Part shown: piece after piece, positions 28,636 to 42,000 of the stretch | Layout: every line of letters starts with the position of its first letter | Position numbering within the stretch: the first letter of the stretch is position 1 | NCBI GenBank assembly: GCA_002633005.1 | Contig: NMRA01000187.1 | Location: 491,740 to 555,739, forward strand | DNA from: Phoronis australis | Lineage: Eukaryota; Animalia; Phoronida | Direction: 5' to 3' | Length of the DNA stretch: 64,000 bases | The notes under the pieces: model-generated | What the model was told of the DNA's origin: nothing | Databases searched by the model: none | The model's input: only the letters and a program-made list of their open reading frames with translations | Made by a program: the position numbers and the translations under genes

Positions 28636-31600
28636 ATTGTTTCTTATAGTACTGGATTTACTTGCAGTTTTTTATATATTTTTTAAATGTTTAACATTAC
28701 GCTAAATTCAATGCACCATGCAACTGCCCTTGAAAACAAAAAGTTTTCAACACGAAACCTGCAGATGAGTCACCATGGATCCGGGGAAGTAAACGAGTGG
28801 CAAATTTGCAACATTTACTGTAGTCATGACGTCACAGTTCCTTCACGGTTGACCAGATGACTTTGTTGCACGGTGGTGTCATATAACACTTGATCGGATA
28901 TCCGATTGCCTTTCTTGCGACGAATCCTCTGCCATCCGAACGCTGGTCCCATTGAACCCTGATATTACAAATTTGACTGGATGACTAAATTTACGAAATA
29001 TATTGCTCAGTAAGCAAGCGCCAATAATTCATGAAATGAAAAATGTGTTATTCGTCTTGAACTGTGAACTAGATATGGCTCGCCGGTCTTTAAGTGATAG
29101 CACTAAACCCATTTATAACCTTGTATATTAGACCAATTCTGATGCCGCACAATAACTGGGGGTACTGTGCCAGTCAGGGACTTCTATAATCAGACTAGGC
29201 CGATGCAACAGACCAATGAAAAACTGGCATCTATGTATGTTTTGCAAGCTCAAAGTGATCATTTAAATTACAAGTTCACAGATTGGACTACATTCCGCAA
29301 TAACACATCGTCACATTTGGTTAAAAATGAACGTCGTTCAACGAGTAGGCTCTATGTTCTTCTGCTTCCAGTTGTCAACAAACGATCGAAATACCGATCC
29401 TTATATGTTAGATGAACTGAATTGGGCGTAACTGTGAAAATAACTACAAAACAAAGTGCGGGTTAGTGCCTGGATAAAAACAAGTTTTATTGTTTACTGA
29501 CTAAGGTTGAAGTTTGAGATGTGTGGCTATTGCTCAGAACTTCTAAGTTGGAAGTCGCCAGGTTGACCACGAACTCTGCAGGCGAGATGCTACTCACTCC
29601 CATTTGCCACGGGCCCGGTATAAATATCACTCTTGTGCACTGTGCTTACGTAAAGAAGACGAACATAAGACTGTGATGTAATGACGGGCAACGCATGACC
29701 CCGGTCTTACCAAGACGGAGTCTCGGAAATGTCTTCTATCTTATCACAGGCAAAACATATATAATAGTGCCAATATAACTGTTTCTTAGGTGAAAAGATT
29801 GAAAAGCTGTAACTATTTCCAGTCGTGCAAACATTGAGGAGCGACCCCGGGGTATACTCCTTCGTTATGTATACAGTAAAACTGTTCCTGAGTGACTTCG
29901 TTTTTGAGGACCCTTCAGTTTCTCTAAGGCCAGCAATTGTTGTTACAACACATTCTGCACGTGCACCAATAGGCACATGGAATACTCCAGTGCTCATACG
30001 CGTGTTACGTCACGTCTCTTCTGCCCATGGTACTCGCCACGAGATGCAACAGCGGCTGCCGACAAGTCAAGTCCGAGCGAACCTTTCCAAGACGGTAATA
30101 AGCCTCGCTGGTCCTGCAATGCATTGATGACGTCAGCAAAGATTTGTGAAGACTCAATTCGTGGGTCCGGAGATGTGAGCCGTGACAGATCTGGTGTAGG
30201 CTGTTGCTGAGTAGTTTGATTCTATTGCTTGTTCTGGTCAGCTGGGTTGGCTTATCTGATTACCATTTCTAAGTATCAGTCGTTTCAACAATATATGACG
30301 TGGTTCATGATTGTTGACATCTAAGATAACTCATTACGTTGTGGGTTGATATGAAAGTATAAGCACGGATTAAAACACGGAGTGTAAATGAAAATTTGTC
30401 CTACATTCTCCAAAGTTTGTGGCTGCTGGATTTCCAGAGGAGAGGTTTACCCCCCCGAGCCACGTAATTCTCGGTTCCGAGTTAATGGAAAAGCGGGCTG
30501 TAACGTTAGACGCGTAACCTAATATGTCCCAGGAAACTTGATACTTCTGCTGCGTGTTAACTGCCAACTAAAGCTCGACGACTTTCCGTGTATAATGCGT
30601 GAACACGAAACGTACATGTACGGTTGGCGGAGCTTGGACGCATTGGGTTAAGTCTGCATTAGAAAAAATATAGCAGTTAGAAGTCCTCGGATTTCTCAAA
30701 GGAAGGGGTCTGGTTTTGCAAATTGACCTCACGAACTCAGATCTGCTGTTGGATCACAAAAGGACGGCGTCCACTTGTGGTGACTCTGCAACTGAGAAAG
30801 GGTAACAACATTCTTTTCGTCTTGCTCGCCATGAGGACTTAATGCTACTTCGACCTAGTAATCTCGAAATTTTAAACTGATTGCTCGTTGTGCTGTTCGA
30901 TCTACTGCGTCAAACTAAGAAAACCACACAAGGCATTTCACTTGTACACAAAACACTCGTCAGGAGCGGGAGAGTACAATCGTTATCACTCAGAACCCAG
31001 CCACATCGTAAAATTCTCGTGCGCTAAACTAGGGTGCAATTACTGACAGATTGAAACCTCACTCATCTCTAAGTATCCGCATGCATAGAGGCAGTGAGGC
31101 CTAACCAACCTGGATCGAATAGAATAAAGACAAACGACAAAATTTTAAAATGCATGTATACCAAGAACTCTTAAAAATATAATAGCGCGGATTGTATTCT
31201 CAGACCATAAGGCTCTGCAAACCACTGAAAATGCTTTTAAACCGGCTAAGAAATTTTCTTATTCGGTTTTAAAGGATTTTTATAAAATTCACTAATTTTA
31301 ATGAATTTCGACTGCATTCGCATGTGAGTCGGCTGATGGCAGTAAACGCATAACACACTCTTCTCCGGAGTCAAAATAAAACGACTTTGGTATGTTATTC
31401 GTTGCTGTTTCATGTTTCTCGCTGATGTAGTATAAACAGCGTAATTAAGTTTTGAAATGGTTGCGAAATAACGTTTTGATAGGTCAAGAGGTCAAATCAT
31501 TCGAGACCATTGAACATATTATGCAAACTATACTTGCTCCCTACAATATCAGTCGATGCGGAATTGTGCGGGCGCGTCAGTGACGTCAAGGTATTCAGTA

Positions 31601-34600
31601 TTGGATGGCTCTTGCTAAATTGGAAAATTTTGGACTATAGGGAAATAATAAAGGACGGAATATTATGTTTGAAATTCGATTTTTGAAGCCTTGTGCTTTA
31701 TTCAGTGATATTGAAAAAGGGCACTATAGTGCCAAGAAACGGAGTTTTGTCTGATCTAGATACGTTAAAAGCGACTAAAATTTCTAGAAGTAGCATACAA
31801 TAAAAATATCACATATACGCCGACGTAAGTGTGACCGAGGCCACGTTCTGTCAGTGTCTTAAAAGAATGGGTGCAAGGCGAGGAGGTACGCGGGAGGACG
31901 TCGCCCCTGGCATTTTAGCCACTTCCCTCTATATGTTTCATTTTTAGAAAAAAAATAGCGACTTTAGATTGAACAACATTTTCGTCTATTGCGTTTCTTT
32001 ACTGCAAAGGTGTAACCCATTATTTTTTCCTAAAACTGTATCCCTTATTGCACGAAGCGAAGCATCTCGGCGAAATTTCATCTATACTCAAACACTCACA
32101 CCAGTTAACAATTTTGTAGCTGGGCGTCTTTTGGTCCGAAGTCGTCTCCCGAATAAACAATTCTGGCCCGTTCTTACGCTTTCTCTGCGTGTCGCATATC
32201 CTCAGCTGTGGTCATACTTGCGCAACGATATAGGCTTATGTAACCGAAGTAGCGCTCTTGTGAAATACACCTGTCTGAAACTGTTGTCGAAGAGTAAGCG
32301 ATGGTCATACAATCTGCTTTTGTTTATTTAAAGAATGACAATTATTACTCGAGTTGTCGGCACTCTAAAGATTGTGGGATGTTTGGGAAAATTTTGTTGA
32401 GTGGATGAAATTAACTGGAACGTGTTTTTAAAGCGTGTTTCTGTTCCTATTTCGTCCTCCTTATTATAAAACATTTTACTACTGAACGTCCAAAAGAACA
32501 ATTTTGGATTGTCTAGCTGATGACTGGGACAAATGCATACCAGGAACGATACTAGGCTTATCAGGTACACGCACAGCAATATGAGATATTCGAAAGGGTA
32601 AAATCCTTTAAAAAAGTACTTTGTCTTAGCGCCAAATTAGCGATTCTAACATTGACTCAACCTGTTGCACATGAAAAAATCGATAAACCGCCCTCTGGCG
32701 ATTGCATCGTCTACTAATGCATTTGCGAACACAGAATGCATCAGACGGCGTCTACTATTTCGAAAATGCTTCAGGTCCAATACAGCAGAGATTTGATAAT
32801 TAAAATGCAGAGGTGATCCGACTGGCTACATACCGTCGCGGTATCTGTTACATGGACCATTGTGAACTACTGGCGAGCTGGCATGATTTGACACCGCGGG
32901 ACTTGGTTCGTTTTAATTTGACGCGGTCAACACTAAACTGTAAGTGTGAGCGAACCCTAACAATGGCGAGCTTTCGTCAATACCGTTTTTGCTTAAACAA
33001 AAATTAGCAGGTACAGAGATTTTCAGAGGCTGATCTACGGGAAGCGAGGATTTGACCCCCCTCAGCAGAAATTACCAAAAAACACATGCCATGTTCCGAA
33101 GGTCTTGTACTTAGACTGAAAGAGTGAACTCCGTCGTGGCATAAATCCCGTCTCTGTTTGGACACGTCGTGGCAATACGATATAATACTTCCGGTGGGAG
33201 ACTACCGTCCCAATGACAAAATTTTCTCTGGTGAAAAGCGAGACTACCAAACACGTCATGAGATGAGGAACATAAATCTTACTCAGGTTTCGCGAACAGA
33301 CTACCGCCAACAGAAATGAATATGGAAGCTAAATTGCTTCAATAAATAACCAGTGGTTGAAGAACAGTGGAATTTTTTGTATGGACGTGTTTTGACGAAA
33401 ATACTTCTTTTCCGACGTTATGAAACAATTGTGTAGATGACTTTTTTATATCTTGCAATTATCAAAAATAATGATAATGATTAAAAAGTTAAGATTATCA
33501 TTCATCTACGGGAAAGAATTAATGACCACAAAACATGCCCGCATCCGGGGGGAGTCGGGAGAGGGGCTCGAATGAGCCCCCCATTTGACGAAGTGGGCAA
33601 AAAGGTCCGCCTCAGAGAAACAAAAAGTCCGAGAAAACGAGACAAAAGTCCACTAAGAAGACGCAGACGCACAGATCAAAGATCTGAAGGTGGTACCCCG
33701 TTTTTTTAGTCCTCTCGATTTTTTGTCAGCAAAAGGGTCCACAATGTCAGAAATTAGCGAAAGGGTCTAATATTTTTAGTAATAGCAATGATAATGATAA
33801 TGATATCTAAATAAGTTCTCACAATAATCATAACATTGTGTCATGCTATAATCTACAATAGTTTATATTTTACGATCATATGGAAATTTTAAAGTGTAAT
33901 TAAACTGACATATAAAATCATACCGACAGCAACTCGTAACAATATTAATAACATCAGTAATAAATTATAGATGATTATCGTTACGTAATAGCTACGCTAT
34001 TGATAGAACTTTCCCGCATCACATGCTGCAGGTTTGCCTTGATTTCATATATTTCATGTAAATCAGAAAGCAGCGACCCATTGAAATGTTGAGTCATTCA
34101 AATGCTCACTTTTCATAAATTCCGTACATTCGCAACCTTTCTGTGATTCTATACTGAAGGCATGCGCACAAATGGCGGACCGTTCACATCCGGCCCGAGT
34201 TGCCTAGCTCGTGGGAGTCTAAATATTCCATGGGGGTTTGGGAAATCTCCCCCAAGTGTATTTCAGAATTTGAGCGCGTAAACATGAATTTTGGTGCATT
34301 CCAGTGGAAGTCTGTTACGATTTTAGCTTGAAATTTGTATTTAAAAACCAAAGAAATCCTTGTCTACGATCGAGAATACCTTGAGGCCCTTACGTCAGTG
34401 GGTAAAACTAACCGATAATCCTAAAATAATCACGCCTGACAGAGTAATCCACACAAGGATTGTAAAACGAAAACTTCCCTTTCTATAAACAATGCTTTCT
34501 TAATAATGATTCAGTCGAAAGAAATAATATTCAATGACATTCTTTTTTTTGCCATACTGACACTATAATGTTTACAAATATTGGTTTTCATGGTGACCAA

Positions 34601-37184
34601 TTCTCTCTTCTGATTCCGGTAACTACTACATGCATGGCTTCATTTCTCACATTCTTGCTTGTTTGTGCCGCATGTCTTGTTACCGTGATACTTTTACGAA
34701 TTTTTTAGAGGTTTTATTACTGATCAATTGGAAATTGTTTCTACGTGGTCGCGTGAATAGTTAACACACTCAAGTTCTCTTTCTAATTTAAATTATTTCT
34801 CTTCGCTTTCGCTGTCGATGTGACTTCTGTAATGTTTTGTCGTGCTGCCCGAATTATTTTTGTTTCGCCCGAATTTTTCATGATTTTTGCCGAAAACTGG
34901 GGAGAGACAATTCCTCACCACTTCCCCTACGAATTTAGGACACAACGCGGCGGACAATTGGAAGCTTATTTCCTCATTTTTTTTAAAGATAAATAAAAAA
35001 AAAATAATGCCTGTGACGTAGCTACCATGAGAATTTTAAATCGTGAGCGTTTACAACACTATTACAAGACCGTGAAATGAAGCGAAACGGCAATTTGGCG
35101 ATTATTTTTGTGGAAATTGGTACGGATGGCATCATACGTTAAGATCAGTAAGGATCAACTGACAATGTTGAATGAAGCAGCTGAGCGCTTTATGGTTGAA
35201 AGCATGTCTTCACTTTTGGTTGTGTTATGAACAATATAAGAACGCCCAGCAGTGAGAACACTTTGCTTTATGCTTTCAACGAACATTTATTACTATTATT
35301 GGATTTGAACGTGCATGCACAATATATCAATGTACAGTACTTCTGGATTCAACGAACAATTTTTATTTTTCATTTCGAACGTGCGTGGACGATATCAATT
35401 TACTAGTTATTTGATTCAACGGACAATTAGTATTATTGATGAACTTGAATCTACATGGACGACATCAATTTTCATAGGAAGTGTCTTGATAGAAAGCTAT
35501 AGCTTCATCGCTGATCATATTAAAACAACCGAAACCAAACTTGAAATAATTTTCGCACGAAATAAATACCGAATTTTAGTAAAATCTATGTTAATCAACA
35601 CAGTTAAAAACACATAATCACAGCCAGAGACTTCAAAACGACGACTTAAAGGACGGCATCATAATTAGTGTATCAGTTTCAGTATAAGTATTCGCATCGC
35701 CACTGTGTTTTAGAGCCCTGAATGAAGTCAATAGTCCCCTGGAGCTTAGCGGATGAACAATGTACTATCAGGTGATACGACTCGGTTAATAGTCGCCGGG
35801 TTGGATTCAAACCATTGTACAGGTTTTTAACTTGTCAAATTTTTGCGGCTTGTCAATTTTCAAAAGAATTGTTTATTTTACTAAGTAATGGCTATTCGAT
35901 ATTTAACAATAGCGTGTGTCTAAAGAAACAATATTCCATGACTCTATACAAGGCGCGGATTGGAGTTTGCAAGCAATTGCGGTGTTCAAATTTCAAAAAA
36001 GTCGTGTGTGTATACGACAGACAGTCTCCTGGGTGTATGATTATTTTTTAATTCTGTCAATCAGAACTTTAAATTATGCTAAAAAGGCCTGTATCGTTCT
36101 TTTGTTGGTAGGATAAAAGACAAAATTTATTGTAGGCTTTTACCTACTCACATATACAATTGGTTTTGAACATTAACAGTGGCATTAAAAAATATTCGAC
36201 AATTTCAGACGAAGTTTTCGACATACACGTGCATGTTCAGTCGGTAACGGTTTCAAAATTGACAGAACCTCCTATCAAATAAACGATTTTGATGACAATA
36301 CATAAAATTTTAATCCCTGTGGGTATGAAATACGTGAGATAGTCCTCAACGCATAAGCTCAGTGAATCCAACTTCAGGTGCGCCAAATTTTGCAAAATAA
36401 TTTCCAGTAAATAATAACTAAAACAGTCGAAAGTTGAAACAAATAACGTGAAATATATTCCTCACTGTTTAATTACAACGAGGACGATGACGACGGTCGT
36501 CGACGACGGCTAAGTTATGAAATAATAGAACAATAGTACTCCTCGTGAAGAGGATCACTAACAAATCTATTAGTTTATATGAGCAACCGAGTGAAGATAG
36601 TGGGATCATATATCTCGTACTGATATCGCAACCTCTGACGTTGATAAAAAAGGTATAGGGGCAGGAAATCTCATTACATTTAAACACATTCGTGCATTAA
36701 CCGCTCTGGAGAAGAAACTTCCCAAAGTGCCGATAGTAATTACTGTTTGGAAAGACCGCACACGATCTATTCGCTCCTCATAATAACCCGATAATTAGAG
36801 ATAATAGGTTGTTTTTTAATTCATTCGCGTATCATATGTTACACGCTTGATGCGCCACAAGAGAAAAACGTTGCCGCTGCGTCTTGAGCAACCTCCCGCG
36901 TCATGTAATCCGCTCGGTTTTATTCAAGATAGTAATGAGAGGTTTTGATTTTTTCAAATGCTTTCAACATCTTTTGTGGGTTAGTAATCGACTTAGGTTC
37001 ACTCTGGTGTCGTGTGTCTCGCACAGAGATCAACGATGACTATCCGTGACGGCTCCGAAATGCAACCCTTTTCAGAAAACATATCAAATATCGGCCCACA
37101 CAGACACGTATTTTAGAAAGTTGTATGTCAAAGTTTTTGTTGGAATTCCAAAAGAGAAACGGTTTAGTGATTGCACTGCATTCT

Positions 37185-37687
37185 CGGATACCGTTCAATC
37201 GTCCGAGGTTCACAAGACCAAAAGTCCAAATGTCCGACAAAAGCAGGCACAAGGACCATAAAGCCGAAGGTTTCGTCAGTCCAAAATAAATCCGAAGGTT
37301 CACAAGGCTATACGACCGAAGGATTTTAAATTCTTAAGATGATAGGACTGGTTCGAACGTCCATAAGTAACGCGAAGTTGCTAATGGCTGAACAGCAAAA
37401 CCTATTGACGGGTGACGAAAATATAAAAACTTCAATCACGCAACAATTAAAACAAACAGCAAGTTTTCGAAAAAGTTTCGGAACATTTTAAAAAAAGACT
37501 TGCACGTCGAAAAGGTTTGCTTCCGACAGGCCTAGCTTATAAAAATCCCCAGCACAATATCACTGTTCGGAGCCTCGTGATAAAGCAGAATTGTTAACTT
37601 CCAGATTTTTTGGAACTTCAGACTTGTGGACCCTCGATTTGTGGACTTTCGGACACATGGACCTTCAGACTAACGACCAAGACCCGT
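37185..37687. mobile_element. Decayed foldback/MITE-like element with subterminal short tandem repeats
   Basis: The left end has repeated (GT)CCGAAGGTTCACAAG-like units (37200-37325). The right end has their reverse complements (CTTCAGACTTGTGGACC, 37615-37675). Confidence 0.55.
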
Positions 37688-40592
37688 CAGTCTCACGACT
37701 CAGACGCAAAGCCAGGGGTTTCTGAATCACCGATGGCGTTGTTTCATTACATGTTTTTAACATTATGGAAATAACTAAAGTAGCGGCCCGGGGCGTAAGC
37801 ATTACGTATGTTTCTGTTCGTATCTTAGTACCGCTCTGTAACCAGCGAACAGGCTAGCCGTCACATGAGTAAAACAGTCCTGCGTTCTACATACAAAAAC
37901 TTATGACTCATACGAGTCCACGTGCGGTTTCGGAAGGCGCCATTTGACAGCACACACAATGTCTCTGAAAAATCGGTTCAGTAGTCTTAAAAACAAGTTA
38001 GTCACGTAACCGCAATTTGTATATTTAAGATCATAAAAACTAATATGTGTATTTTGCTGCAGTATTGTGTTGCATTGGTTTGTAACGATATTTTAATATC
38101 ATAAATGATTTTTAAAATTTTCATCTTATCAAATCTAACACTTGTACCAAACGTGTCACTGAGCAGCAAGTGACAGGAACCATGAACATCATCAATAGCC
38201 CCGCGTGAAGGTCGTTTGCTACACTGGTTGTGGAAAAAGCATTGCAGCCGAAGTCTTGGTTCGTTACGATGGCCAAGCTGCCGTTAATCAAAGGAACCTT
38301 GGTGTTAATCTAAAAAATCTAGGCTGGCTATTCAAACCTGGGATGCTGACGCGTTATGTATTTCAGCCTGCTATGAGACTCATTTTGAATGTGATCGCAT
38401 ACGTTATCCTAACAAAGAGTCAGCCTAATCACAAAACGAGACATCTGCCAAATTTGAAATTTGAATGTGACTGCGTATATCGCACTTTGGAACAAAATAT
38501 CATGTTCTGGTGCACGGGTCACAGTATAAAATATCAGTTTTGTTGAAAAAAATATTGTAGTACGCAGTTACCTCTAATGGACATCATACACACGAAAACC
38601 AAAAAAAAATCATGAAATGTCGTTTTAAAAAACTTCATTATTTTTGTACGTGACGAGCAACATGTTGGAAGTTTCAAAGATTTTAATCATTTAAGAGTAT
38701 TGCTCTTTTATGTAGAAAATGGTTAGAGTTTTCAATGTAAAGGATTACCGTGCCTGAAGTCAAACTCTGCAGTATCATAGCAGATTTTGAAACTGATTAG
38801 CTAGTAGTCAAAACCATTGTTGCGTCTGTGAAAATAATACGACCGTTTAAGTATCAAATTATGATATCTACAATTAATACGAATATCATTTTTCATTAAA
38901 ACAATATATTTAAATTTTATTTGATTTTAAAAGAAATTATCCAGATGTTTTGTTTTCGTTTGTAAACTAATAGCCTCATTAGACTTCAACAATTGTTTAC
39001 TTACAAAAATCATTTATACATGTGTAGAAAGCTATAAAGACGTAGTGTATTTTAATGGTGCTTTGTGATACTTTAAAGAGACGATTGCCTTTCTTACTAC
39101 CAATTTAGAACACGGAGTGCCAGAGCCTGTCGAAGTATATTGATTACAAAATGCCATGTTTGTATTAGCACTCTGTTATTGATCAGTGTCTAAAACAATG
39201 ACGTCATTATAGAGCATAACCAAAAAAGTAGAGCTTCTAAGATTTTTAAAAATTACGTTTATTTTGAAAAAAATACTGTTACACCAAAAGACCATGATTT
39301 GGGAATGACTTTTACTCGTTTAATGAAATTTTAAATTAAATTGAAATGGAAGTGGTTTCTTTCATTCACACTGGGAGTTACTTGAATGCTTGAATATCAT
39401 ATTTTATGTTCAAGGAATTTATCTAATGTTTAACTCTACATTTTATGACACTTTAAGAAAAACGTATTTTCGAAAATAATTTCCCATGAGGAATTTTCAG
39501 ACGTAAAATGGTTTTGAGAAAAAAAATCATTCATAAATGTAAACGGATAATGCAAAACTGAAGCACGTTTTATTGGTAGAAGTAGCGATAATGTACTCTT
39601 CCTGGTCTGGTGAAATACAATATCAGCTTCTGTTTCTTTCCGGGTTGTAATATTTTTATATATTATTTGTAATTTCAGTTGAAATGTGCACAGCAATCTG
39701 TATAATGGATGATAGGAAGCCCGGAAACGGGCTGGGTGCAGCTGGACAAACCAATTAAATAAAAAGATCTTTGCCGTGTACAGCAATGATCATCAATGAA
39801 ACGTTTTCGGAGGGAACACTTCCGGCCGCTTGTAAACCATGCTCAGGGCCCTGTTTCATGAAGTGACTTACGACAGAATTTTGGTCTTAGGCATCACATA
39901 ATAATCTCAGAACAACAAGTAAATCTCACTTTAGCAAAGACACAGAATCTCTGAGAATATACCCATTGCTTCTAATTACTGAGATAATTTTCATAAAATA
40001 TTTGTAGATTGTGATGTGGTAATAGGTGACTTCAGTTTTGTCGGGAATGAAAACTACAAATGGCGGAATTAGTTCGGCTAGTTTTTTAATACAGGTGCTG
40101 CAGTGCTATAAAATAATAACTAAAACAGATATCAATAAACTAACGCCTCCTGCTCAGTTTCGAGACGATGCTCTCACACTGGCGCCACAGTCGTACTATT
40201 GATAGGATGACGTCAAAACAACCATCGACCAACAGCACCTGTCAGACCCCCCGGGCAGAACTTTACAGTGCGCTGTCGCCCGCGAGGTGTCCCTTTGGTT
40301 CATTCAAATCAAAATACCGGCAGTTTGATCAGAGCCAACCGCCGCTGGAAACTTTCTACCTGTGTGCGCTAGGATGCGCGAATTACTGCAGGCAAACACA
40401 AAGTCAAATACCGGTAGATGAAATCCAAGTTTAATTACCAGAATAGACTAGTCAGTGCAATCGTGTAAATGGGTCAAATTAGAATGAAAAGGTATGAGTT
40501 GAACAGGACACGATGCCTTGATCACCAAGCCTTCTCATACTGCCTTTAGCTTTCTTGACTGAAGAACACAAAAATGCTTCATGAAAACTGAT

Positions 40593-40598
40593 TTTATT
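40593..40598 (-). terminator. Candidate polyadenylation signal of the OSTalpha-like gene
   Basis: AATAAA on the minus strand at the point where CpG-poor sequence ends. It would give a 3' UTR of about 3 kb. Other AATAAA hexamers exist, so the call is weak. Confidence 0.3.
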
Positions 40599-41585
40599 TC
40601 ATAAACAGAATTAACAAATTATAGACAACAACAAACCCAGTAACTACTCTCACACAAAGTTTGACACTCTAAACATTTGGGAAAATCCCATGGAGCCTTT
40701 TTGGGAGTCATTTTGTTCAAAAACCATGGAAATTAAATTTCCTTCATAATGCATCTCTAGAGTAAACAATGAGTTTCGACAAACATGACCAAACTACTTA
40801 AATATTTCCATAGATGTTAAATCATGATTTTATTGACCCTAATTAAAGCAATTTCAAATAAATCTATCACTTGATGACCAACATTTGTCAGTAATTTCCA
40901 TTGTCGGTGTATCACTCTGCAGTACCTAACAACTAATCACCAGACTGAGTACTGAACATAGCGTCATCTATTGCTCATTTCACTGAATGGCACACCAGGA
41001 GTAAGTTACATACCAATGGCACTAGGCTGCTAAAGAGTTTTCAACAATGGCACAAAAACAAAGTTAACATGTTTAGATATATTTTTGTTATTCTGTGTAC
41101 ATAAAGGTAACTATAGTTTTCAGTTGTCACCAGTTCACAATAGGGACTTAAAGTGTTCACGTCACATTCCTAGCACCTACTCCAAATTGGAGACGAACAG
41201 TTCTCTTGCACTAACACATTTGTTCAAACCAACATAATTATACAAAAGTGACTTTTTGAAATCTGAAACTCTTGCCTCAGCATCTGTGAACCATATAGAT
41301 TATCATAGTGACCACATTTTTCCAAAACGGATAACTTGTGACTTTCCATTAACAACTTTTGACCCAATATAATACCCCATAGAGAAGTGACAGAGTTAGG
41401 TAGAACCAAGATGGCAGACTACCCCAGTACAGTGACACCACACATTCTGTAACTATGTCAAGACACAAAAGTTTGTGTGATTTTGAACCACTTACTTTGT
41501 GTCACTCCACAACTGAACAACTAGTTCACACACAAGCCAACGAGTTGGTGCCCAGTCTAAACTGATCTCCTGGTTAGAATTGGGT

Positions 41586-42000
41586 ATACATACATACGCA
41601 CATACATACATACATACACATACATACATACATACATAACATACATACATACATACATACATACATACAAACATACATACATACATACTTACATACATAC
41701 AAACATACAAACATACATACATACATACAGACGATAGCTTTNATACATACATACATAACATACATACATACATACATACAAACATACATACACACATACA
41801 TAACATACATACATACATACATACATACATACATAACATACATGCATACATACTTACATACATACAAACATACAGACAAACATATATAGTACATACATAC
41901 ATACTTTCATACATACATAGGTACATACATACATACATAACATACATACATACAAACATACATAGTAACTTAAATACTTTCATACATACAAAGGTACATA
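41586..42000. repeat. (TACA)n tetranucleotide microsatellite, degenerate
   Basis: About 400 bp of CATA/TACA units with one N. It produces the spurious MYVC-repeat ORFs. Confidence 0.97.
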
